Shown here piece by piece: positions 47,971 to 56,147 of a stretch of DNA of 64,000 nucleotides (position 1 is the first letter of the stretch; each line of letters begins with the position of its first letter). Position numbers and translations under genes: made by a program. The DNA is from Spirulina sp. (GTDB lineage: Bacteria > Cyanobacteriota > Cyanobacteriia > Phormidesmidales > Phormidesmidaceae), in assembly GCA_044070495.1 (NCBI GenBank), contig JBIPSI010000005.1, forward strand, positions 96,001 through 160,000, read 5' to 3'. The notes beneath the pieces are model-generated. The model worked only from the letters and a program-made list of their open reading frames with translations. It did not search any database and was not told where the DNA came from.

Positions 47971-50900
47971 GTGCTCACCCCCTCCATTTATAAAGTTGGC
48001 GGTTGCCTCCAGGCCGAGGCCAGTACCTATGTGGTGCGCCAGGCCGATGAGGATCTGCTGGCGGCGTTGGCTGCCAGGGAATTTTGCTATGTGTTTAGCG
48101 CTCGGCAGATGGGCAAATCTTCCCTGCTGGTGCGGATTAAGGATCAGATTCAGCGGGATGGGGGCCGCTGTGCCTACCTGGATATGACCCGCCTGGGCAG
48201 CAACGGCCTCACCCAGGCCCAGTGGTATACCGGGGTGGGGGTGAGCCTGTTGCAAAGCCTGAACGTGCTGGGGCAGGTAGATTTTTTGGCCTGGTGGCAG
48301 GCGCGGGAGAGCCTGCCCTTGGTGCAGCGCCTCAATCAGTTAATGGATGAGGTGGTGCTGCCCGCTACGGCGGATGATCCGGTCTATATCTTTATCGACG
48401 AAATCGATGGGCTGCTGAGCCTCGACTTTTCCACCGACGACTTCTTTGCCTGGATGCGGTCGTGCTACAACCTACGCGCCCACGACCCGCGCTACCGTCG
48501 CCTCACCTTTGCCCTATTTGGCGTGGCCACCCCCGCCGACCTCATCGCCGACAAGCAGCGCACCCCCTTCAACATTGGCCAAGCGATTTCCCTGGAGGGC
48601 TTTACCCTGGCCGAAAGTGCGCCCCTGCAACAGGGGCTAGAGGGGCTGGTGGATTGCCCCCAGGCGGTGCTGAAGGCCATTTTGGATTGGACGGGGGGAC
48701 AGCCCTTTTTAACCCAAAAGCTGTGCCAGATTGCGGCGAAAAATGCCCAGCTATCGGAGACGGTGCCCCTGGCGCTCTCCCCCGGCATGGCTGATTTTTG
48801 GGTGGAGGGGTTGGTGAAAACGGCGCTGCTAGATCATTGGGAAGCCCAGGATGAGCCGATTCACCTGCGCACCATCCGCGACCATTTGTTTTGGCACCAA
48901 ACCCGCACCGCCCGAATTTTGGGCCTGTATCAACAACTGCTGGAAGGGGAAACGGTGCCCTCCGACGATAGCCGCGAACAGAGCGATCTGCTGTTGTCGG
49001 GGCTGGTGGTGCGGCGGGGTAACCATCTGGCGATTAAAAACCGCATCTACCGAGAGGTTTTCACCCTCGACTGGGTGAGCCGCCAACTGCATCGGCTGCG
49101 CCCCTACGCCAGCGCCCTAGAAGGGTGGGTGGCCTCGAATCGCCAGGATTCCACCTACCTGCTCCAGGGCCAAATCCTGCTGGAGGCCGAAGCCTGGGCG
49201 CGGGACAAAAGCCTCAGCGATATCGATTACCAGTTCCTCGCCGCCAGCCAGGATGCCGAACGCCAGCGCATTCAGCAGCAACTCAACGCCAAGGCCGAGA
49301 GTGAGCGGTTTTTTCGGCAACTGGCGGAAGCGGTGCCGCAGATGGTGTGGATTGTGGAACCGGACGGCAGCCTGTCCTACACCAACCGCCAGGGGAGCGA
49401 CTTTTCGGGGATTTCCCAGGACGGATTGCAGGAAATTCAGCGCCTAGAGGTGATTCACCCAGAGGATCGGCAAACCAGTCTAACGGCTTGGGAGCAGGCC
49501 TTTGCCACGGGCAACCCCTACGAAGTGGAGCTGCGCCTGCAAGATGCCAACGGCCAGTACCGCTGGTTTTTGAACCGGGCTGTGCCCATTCGCGATGGGG
49601 CGGGGCAGGTGGTGAAGTGGTTTGGCACCAGTACCGATCTGGATGAGGTCAAACGCAGCGAAGCGGCCAAGCGCCTGAAGGAACGGTTTCGGCTTCAGCG
49701 GTGGCTGCTGGGGGCGGTGAGTGCGGGGTTGGCCATCGCCACGGGCCTGGGTCTCTATGCCTTTGCCCAGCGCCACCAGGCCACCCTGAGGGAAATTGAG
49801 GCCATTGCTAGCCTCTCCGAAGCCCAGTTTGCCTCTGGCAACCGCCTAGATGCCCTGGTGACGGCACTCCAGGCCCAAACCCGGCTCGATAAACTGCGGC
49901 GGGTACCCGATGAACTGGCGGCCTTGACTGATCGCGAACTGCGCCGCGCCACCTTTCAAGCGTTGGAATGGAACCGCTTTGATGGCCACCTGGGCCGCGT
50001 GCGTGGCCTAGCGGTCAGCCCCAGCGGCGACCGGATCGCTGCCACCTACCAAAAAGAGGCCACCCTACTCTGGGGCATGGATGGCACCCTGATCGCCCGT
50101 CTTCCCGGTGCCGCCCGCGATGCCGCCTTTAGCCCCGTTCGCGGAGCGTCTCCAGAGGAGAACGGCCACACCCTGGCCACCGCTGGCGATGACGGCACCG
50201 TCTATCTCTGGGATCGAGAGGGCCAGCCCGTGGCCGCTCTGAAGGGCCACCAAAAAGCCGTCAAGGCCGTTGTCTTTAGCCCCGACGGGCAGCAGATTGC
50301 CTCCGCTGGTAGCGATAACCTGATCAAACTCTGGAGCCGGGAGGGCCAGATCATCCGCACCCTGTCTGGCCATCGCGGCACTATTTGGGACTTAGACTTC
50401 AGTCCAGATGGGCAGCAACTCGCCTCCGCCAGCGACGACAACACCGTTAGGGTGTGGAATCTTGATGGCACTCTGATTCGCAGATTGCAGAACCCCGTCC
50501 CTTCCACCGAAGGCGAAAACCGACTGCAAAGCGTGGCCTTTAGCCCAGACGGGCAAACCCTGGTGGCGGGAGACTCCTACGGCAATATCCTCTGGTGGAA
50601 CGCCGACGGTACGCTGCAAGCCGTGACCTCCGAGCATCGCAAGATGGTCGGTCGCCTCGTCTTCAGCCCCGACGGACAAACCCTGGCCTCCGGCAGTTGG
50701 GATAACACTATTAAACTCTGGAACCGCGATGGCACCGTCCTCCGCACCATGACGGCCCACCCCAGCGGCACCCTGGCCCTAGCCTTTAGCCCCAACGGTC
50801 AACGGCTCATTTCCGGCGGCGAAGACGATCTGGTGCGAATCTGGCAGCTTGATTCCCTGATGCTCACCATCCTGCGGGGCCATCGCGCCTCGGTATGGGA

Positions 50901-51936
50901 TGTGGGGATTGCCCCAGACGGCGACTCCATCGTGTCCTCCAGTTCCGACGGCACCGTCAAACTCTGGAACCGGGAGGGCCAACTTCAGCGCACCATCCCC
51001 CTCGACCAAGGGGAAATTTGGGCGGTGGAGATCAGCCCCGATCAGCAAACCCTAGCCGCCGTCAGCAACGCGGGCATCCTCACCCTCTGGGCCATGGATG
51101 GTAAGCCCTTGCGCTCGATCAACGCCCACGACGATACCGCCTTTGATGTCGCCTTTAGCCCCGACAATCGCGCCATCGCCACCGTCGGCTGGGACGGACA
51201 GATCAAGCTCTGGCGACCCGATGGCACCTTGATACAGTCGTTGCAAAGACGCCCAGAGGCCGACAGATTGCAAGGTGCCAACTCATCAGCGGCCAATTCA
51301 CCCCAGGACTCCCTAAAAAACCGCCTAAATGCCGTTACCTTTAGCCCAGACGGCCAGTGGCTAGCGGTGGCGGGCCTAGACGAAGTGATTCACCTCTGGC
51401 GGCGCAATGAAACCGGAACCTTTACCCCGCACTCCCATCCGGTGATCTCTGGACACAGCGATACCATTTGGGACGTGGCCTTTAGCCCCGACAGCACCCT
51501 CATCGCCAGCGCCAGCGAAGACATGACGATCAAACTCTGGTCGCTGGAGGGCACCCTAATTCGCACCTTTGAAGGACATACCGACCGCGTCAACGCCGTC
51601 ACCTTCATCCCTCTCAACTCCGGCCTGCCCGCCGACTGGGGCACCGTCATTGCCTCCGCCAGTTGGGATAAATCCCTCAAACTCTGGTCGCTAGACGGCC
51701 CCCTGCGCCTCACCCTCGAAGGCCACGAAGAACGCGCCCTAGACGTGAATTTCCACCCTGACACCAGCACCCACGGCCCCCTACTCGCCTCGGCTGGGCT
51801 GGATAATATGGTTATTCTCTGGCCCCTGGATCGCGTGGTAGAACAACCGCAAATCCTCAGCTACGGCTGCCAATGGGTGCGCGAGCACTTGCAAAACACC
51901 CCCCAAAATGACGCTCAGGCGCTGTGCAAAGACTAA
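47971..51936 (+). CDS. AAA-like ATPase - PAS - TM - WD40 repeat protein
   Basis: Walker A SARQMGKSS, Walker B IFIDEID, RTPFNIG, WTGGQPFLTQKLC; PAS (VPQMVW...IHPED...WFGTSTD); TM LLGAVSAGLAIATGLGLYAF; ~14 GH...W repeats; probable GTG start at 47971. Confidence 0.92.
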   Translation: MLTPSIYKVGGCLQAEASTYVVRQADEDLLAALAAREFCYVFSARQMGKSSLLVRIKDQIQRDGGRCAYLDMTRLGSNGLTQAQWYTGVGVSLLQSLNVLGQVDFLAWWQARESLPLVQRLNQLMDEVVLPATADDPVYIFIDEIDGLLSLDFSTDDFFAWMRSCYNLRAHDPRYRRLTFALFGVATPADLIADKQRTPFNIGQAISLEGFTLAESAPLQQGLEGLVDCPQAVLKAILDWTGGQPFLTQKLCQIAAKNAQLSETVPLALSPGMADFWVEGLVKTALLDHWEAQDEPIHLRTIRDHLFWHQTRTARILGLYQQLLEGETVPSDDSREQSDLLLSGLVVRRGNHLAIKNRIYREVFTLDWVSRQLHRLRPYASALEGWVASNRQDSTYLLQGQILLEAEAWARDKSLSDIDYQFLAASQDAERQRIQQQLNAKAESERFFRQLAEAVPQMVWIVEPDGSLSYTNRQGSDFSGISQDGLQEIQRLEVIHPEDRQTSLTAWEQAFATGNPYEVELRLQDANGQYRWFLNRAVPIRDGAGQVVKWFGTSTDLDEVKRSEAAKRLKERFRLQRWLLGAVSAGLAIATGLGLYAFAQRHQATLREIEAIASLSEAQFASGNRLDALVTALQAQTRLDKLRRVPDELAALTDRELRRATFQALEWNRFDGHLGRVRGLAVSPSGDRIAATYQKEATLLWGMDGTLIARLPGAARDAAFSPVRGASPEENGHTLATAGDDGTVYLWDREGQPVAALKGHQKAVKAVVFSPDGQQIASAGSDNLIKLWSREGQIIRTLSGHRGTIWDLDFSPDGQQLASASDDNTVRVWNLDGTLIRRLQNPVPSTEGENRLQSVAFSPDGQTLVAGDSYGNILWWNADGTLQAVTSEHRKMVGRLVFSPDGQTLASGSWDNTIKLWNRDGTVLRTMTAHPSGTLALAFSPNGQRLISGGEDDLVRIWQLDSLMLTILRGHRASVWDVGIAPDGDSIVSSSSDGTVKLWNREGQLQRTIPLDQGEIWAVEISPDQQTLAAVSNAGILTLWAMDGKPLRSINAHDDTAFDVAFSPDNRAIATVGWDGQIKLWRPDGTLIQSLQRRPEADRLQGANSSAANSPQDSLKNRLNAVTFSPDGQWLAVAGLDEVIHLWRRNETGTFTPHSHPVISGHSDTIWDVAFSPDSTLIASASEDMTIKLWSLEGTLIRTFEGHTDRVNAVTFIPLNSGLPADWGTVIASASWDKSLKLWSLDGPLRLTLEGHEERALDVNFHPDTSTHGPLLASAGLDNMVILWPLDRVVEQPQILSYGCQWVREHLQNTPQNDAQALCKD

Positions 51937-52058
51937 GGCTTGGCAGCGCAGAGACAATAGGCAATGGTGCGCAGGGCAGGCAGTTCGTTGAAGATTCCGA
52001 TGCTCAACCGCTTCAGGCTCTTTTTTGTCCCTCTTTGACCTTGCGTGAATAATCCAGG

Positions 52059-53249
52059 CTAGAGCGTGACGGGCGATTCCACATAAATCGTTGGGTCTTG
52101 CAGGGTAAACTCAATACCATATTCCAAAAGCTGGCTGGCGATGTTGTCATTGGCCAACTCCAGCAGGCGCTTGCGGAGTTCGATGGAATTTTCGCTGGAA
52201 CCGAGGATAAAAAAGGTAACGCGAGCCCGTTCGGTCCTGGACTGGCTCTGATTTGCGGCTACGGAATCCTTCTGGGAACGGTCTTTACCACCACCGCTGG
52301 ACGCACCGTGGCGAGGTGAGTCGCGGGAAAACTCCGCTAGGCCAGGAAAGCTGATTTGGGTGCTGCCCGGATCGATACCAAACAGGGAATTGGTGCTACG
52401 CGTGACCACCTGGCGCACCAGGGCGGCATCCTCCTCGGTGAGGGGCTTGAGAAAGTCCATGTACAGCATCACCATCACCTTCTTGGCGCGGCTGACATTT
52501 TCAATTTCCTCGTTCACCAGCTTGGAGTTGGGCACGATGATCAGCGTGCTTTTGGCGGCGGTGCGTAGTTTGGTGGAGCGCAGCCCAATCGACTCGACTC
52601 GGCAAAGCTGGCGATCCCCCTGGCGAATGTATTCCCCTGGCACAAAGGGCCGATCCAGGTACAGCACCAGGGTACTGAGCAGTTGTTCCAGGATTTTTTG
52701 GGCCGCTAAGCCCAGGGCAATGCCGCTAATGCCCAGGCTGGCAATTAGCCCCACCAGGTTAAACCGCTGGCTTTGGGCAAAGGCCAACAGGGCCACAAAG
52801 CCGATGATCACGTTGGCCAGGGTTTCAAACACGAGCAGGAGTTCATCCACTTCGCGGCCCAGGCGGCGCACGAGGGCGATGCCATAGCTGCGAACAAACT
52901 GCCGAAACAGGCGCGAGGTCAACCAGGCCACACTGACAATGGTGGCCAAATCCACCAGGGGCCGAAAAAATCCGTACAGATTGGGTGAAGCCGCCTCTAG
53001 CCACACCATCGACAGCGACACCAGCAGCAGCGTGCCAGCGGTTTTGACCGTGCCCTTAATCGGCAAAATCAGATTGTTGTAGGCCACCATGCCCTGCTGG
53101 GACGATAGCCGCCGCAAAATTAGCCCCAACAGCCCTGGACTATAGCGCCCAATCAGAATCGACAGCAGCAGCGCCACCAAAAAAATGGCAATCGGCGGCA
53201 GCGTCAACAGTTGGACATCAACGAAATCGAGCAATTCTTGGGGAGACAC
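52059..53249 (-). CDS. MscS-family channel
   Basis: LYLDRPFVPGEYI, VESIGLRSTKLR, IVPNS. Confidence 0.9.
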   Translation of the reverse strand: MSPQELLDFVDVQLLTLPPIAIFLVALLLSILIGRYSPGLLGLILRRLSSQQGMVAYNNLILPIKGTVKTAGTLLLVSLSMVWLEAASPNLYGFFRPLVDLATIVSVAWLTSRLFRQFVRSYGIALVRRLGREVDELLLVFETLANVIIGFVALLAFAQSQRFNLVGLIASLGISGIALGLAAQKILEQLLSTLVLYLDRPFVPGEYIRQGDRQLCRVESIGLRSTKLRTAAKSTLIIVPNSKLVNEEIENVSRAKKVMVMLYMDFLKPLTEEDAALVRQVVTRSTNSLFGIDPGSTQISFPGLAEFSRDSPRHGASSGGGKDRSQKDSVAANQSQSRTERARVTFFILGSSENSIELRKRLLELANDNIASQLLEYGIEFTLQDPTIYVESPVTL

Positions 53250-53334
53250 GGGACGGAGGATATGGGTGGAGTCGTAGCGGGGTCGAGATCAGAGGTAGGT
53301 CAGGGTCGGGACTAGCGGCGTGAATAGCGGGGGG

Positions 53335-54447
53335 CTAGACGGTGATGGGGGAGTCTACATAGACCGTGGGTTCTTCGATGTCGAAGGCGATGCCGTATTG
53401 CTTCAGGCGAGCGGTGAGCTGTTGGTTGGCAATGGCTAGGAGCTGCCGCCGAATGGTCATGGCACTATCGCCGGAACCCAGGATAAAGAAGGTGATTTGG
53501 GCCTGGGTAAGCTGGCTTTGATCCAGGTCACGAAACACAATGTCGGTACTGCGGGGGTCGATGCCAGAGAGATCCTGGGTGCTTTCTAAAATCACCTGGC
53601 GAATCAGGGCTTGCTCCTCTGGGGTGACAGATCGGTAGAGATTGAGGTAGGTGATGGCCATCACCTTTTTAGCACCGGAAAAATTCTCCACGGTGGATTG
53701 AATAATCACGTTGTTGGGCACAATCGCCACCGTCCCCTTGCCCGCCACCCGAATTTTGGTAGACCGTAGGCCAATCGCCTCGACTCTGCCAAAGGTGCCA
53801 TCGGGCAGGCCAATGTAGTCATCAATATCAAAGGGGCGATCAATATAAATCACCAGCCCGCCCAGCAGTTGTTCCAGCACTTTTTGGGCCGCAAAGGCCA
53901 CAGCAATGCCGCCAACGCCCAGGCTAGCGACCAGGCCAACAATGTTGATCTGGTGGGTTTCGGCAAAGACCACCACCAGGATCATCACAATGCCCAAGTT
54001 GGCCAACACCCGGGCCAGCACCAGCACCTCACCGTTGGTTTTGCGTCCAATATTCAGGGCGGCATCCAACAGGTAGGTATTGAAATAGGCCTGAAAGCTA
54101 CGCGCCAAAAACCAGCCCAGCGCCAGAGTGAAGGCCAGGGTCAGCGGCACCTCCAGATAGACATACCAGCGCACCTGCAAATCACGGGCCAGAACAAGGT
54201 AGGCCACGCCATCCAGCAACCCCAGCACCCACACCCACTGCAACGCATCCTGCTGAGGCTGAATCACCAACCGATAAAACTGATCGGCCTTACCCGCCGT
54301 CAGCCGTCGCACCGCCCAATTTACCAGGCGGGCCACCGCATTCCCCGATAGGTACGCCAGGGCCGCTATCAACCCTAGCAGCCCTAGCCAAAACAGGGTG
54401 GGATGCTCGCCGGAGAGGCGAAAGATTTGGGTATACAGATCAGACAT
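53335..54447 (-). CDS. MscS-family channel
   Basis: IYIDRPFDIDDYI, GRVEAIGLRSTKIR, IVPNN; start at ATG 54447. Confidence 0.9.
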   Translation of the reverse strand: MSDLYTQIFRLSGEHPTLFWLGLLGLIAALAYLSGNAVARLVNWAVRRLTAGKADQFYRLVIQPQQDALQWVWVLGLLDGVAYLVLARDLQVRWYVYLEVPLTLAFTLALGWFLARSFQAYFNTYLLDAALNIGRKTNGEVLVLARVLANLGIVMILVVVFAETHQINIVGLVASLGVGGIAVAFAAQKVLEQLLGGLVIYIDRPFDIDDYIGLPDGTFGRVEAIGLRSTKIRVAGKGTVAIVPNNVIIQSTVENFSGAKKVMAITYLNLYRSVTPEEQALIRQVILESTQDLSGIDPRSTDIVFRDLDQSQLTQAQITFFILGSGDSAMTIRRQLLAIANQQLTARLKQYGIAFDIEEPTVYVDSPITV

Positions 54448-54810
54448 GAAGGGAGAGAACAAGGCCAATCTCCCGTGGGAAAGGGGGGCATCTCATAGGG
54501 CGTTAGTCCCAGCGTTTAGTCGCAACGTTAGCCCCAAACCCAAAGGCAAATCTAGGGTAAACCATTCCACGCCGTCCTTCATCTGTCCTGGGAAAGACCG
54601 ATGCCCTGGGAAAGCTGCGAAGGTCTTAGGGTAGCGGCCCTTCAATCGCTACCATCAATGCAAACCCCGCTTTAAAGGGGTCATTATGTGGCACTCTGGG
54701 AAATGACTGTAATGGCGTTGTGTAACCCGGTTAGGGGTCGTCCGGCGGGCGATTTGGCTAACCTGGTGTTCCTGCCCCGGCAACCCCCTGGCAACCCTAG
54801 AGCAAAGGCT

Positions 54811-56040
54811 ATGCAAACTCTTCCCAATCCTGTTTCCCAGGCTTCGACGAATCCTGCCTTTGATCCCTTCGATACCACCATCCACCGTCGCAAGACCCGC
54901 CCGGTGCCCGTGGGTAGCGTCACCATTGGCGGGGGCCATCCCGTGGTGGTGCAGTCCATGATTAACGAAGACACCCTGGATATTAAGGGTTCCGCCGCCG
55001 CCATTCGCCGTCTGCACGAAATTGGCTGCGAGATTGTCCGGGTCACGGTGCCCAGCATGGCCCACGCCAAGGCCCTGGCCGACATTCGCAAAATCCTGGA
55101 AGACACCTACCAGCCCGTGCCCCTGGTGGCCGATGTGCATCACAACGGCATGAAAATCGCCCTGGAAGTGGCCAAGCACGTTGATAAGGTACGCATCAAC
55201 CCCGGCCTCTACGTGTTTGAAAAGCCCCAGGCCGACCGCACCGGATATACCCAGGAAGAATTCGACGACATCGGCCACAAAATCCGCGATACCCTCAAGC
55301 CTCTGGTGGAATCCCTCCGCGACCAGGGCAAATCCATGCGGATTGGCGTTAACCATGGCTCCCTGGCCGAGCGGATGCTGTTCACCTACGGCGACACCCC
55401 CGAAGGCATGGTGGAATCGGCCCTGGAATTTCTCCACATCTGCGAATCTTTGGACTTCCGCAACCTGGTGATTTCCATGAAAGCCTCGCGGGTGCCCGTG
55501 ATGCTGGCCGCCTACCGCCTAATGGCCAAGCGCATGGACGACCTCGGCATGGACTACCCCCTGCACCTGGGCGTGACCGAAGCCGGGGATGGCGAGTATG
55601 GTCGGATCAAATCCACCGCTGGCATTGCCACCCTCCTGGCCGAAGGTATCGGCGACACCATCCGCGTGTCCCTCACCGAAGCACCGGAGAAAGAAATCCC
55701 CGTCTGCTACAGCATTTTGCAGGCGCTGGGTCTCCGCAAAACCATGGTGGAATACGTCGCCTGTCCCTCCTGCGGGCGCACCCTGTTTAACCTGGAAGAA
55801 GTCCTCCACAAAGTGCGGGAAGCCACCAACCACCTGACCGGGTTAGACATTGCGGTGATGGGCTGCATCGTCAATGGCCCCGGCGAAATGGCCGACGCCG
55901 ACTATGGCTATGTAGGCAAAACTCCGGGCTACATCTCCCTCTACCGGGGCCGCGACGAAATCAAAAAAGTGCCCGAAGACCAAGGCGTGGAAGAACTGAT
56001 CAACCTGATTAAGTCCGATGGTCGCTGGGTAGACCCCTAG
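54811..56040 (+). CDS. ispG: HMBPP synthase (GcpE)
   Basis: [52 protein letters not shown]; start at ATG 54811. Confidence 0.98.
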   Translation: MQTLPNPVSQASTNPAFDPFDTTIHRRKTRPVPVGSVTIGGGHPVVVQSMINEDTLDIKGSAAAIRRLHEIGCEIVRVTVPSMAHAKALADIRKILEDTYQPVPLVADVHHNGMKIALEVAKHVDKVRINPGLYVFEKPQADRTGYTQEEFDDIGHKIRDTLKPLVESLRDQGKSMRIGVNHGSLAERMLFTYGDTPEGMVESALEFLHICESLDFRNLVISMKASRVPVMLAAYRLMAKRMDDLGMDYPLHLGVTEAGDGEYGRIKSTAGIATLLAEGIGDTIRVSLTEAPEKEIPVCYSILQALGLRKTMVEYVACPSCGRTLFNLEEVLHKVREATNHLTGLDIAVMGCIVNGPGEMADADYGYVGKTPGYISLYRGRDEIKKVPEDQGVEELINLIKSDGRWVDP

Positions 56041-56090
56041 GTTTTCTCGGGTAGCCACGAATAAGAGGTGTATCCGAGGGCGGTGACCAA

Positions 56091-56119
56091 GGGGCGGAGG
56101 TTATTGCCCCCGCCCTGTT
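56091..56119. terminator. Hairpin between convergent ispG and bcsA
   Basis: GGGGCGG...CCGCCCT hairpin followed by a short T run. Confidence 0.45.
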
Positions 56120-56147
56120 TCGTCATGCGCCCCTGCCTGGGGAAGAC

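Noticed and set aside
33672..51936. Prophage, ICE or integron as the origin of the accessory block
   Set aside because: No integrase, transposase, phage gene, tRNA target or flanking att repeat was seen, and most of the block has host-like GC.
54655..55437. 260-aa minus-strand ORF
   Set aside because: Antisense shadow of ispG.
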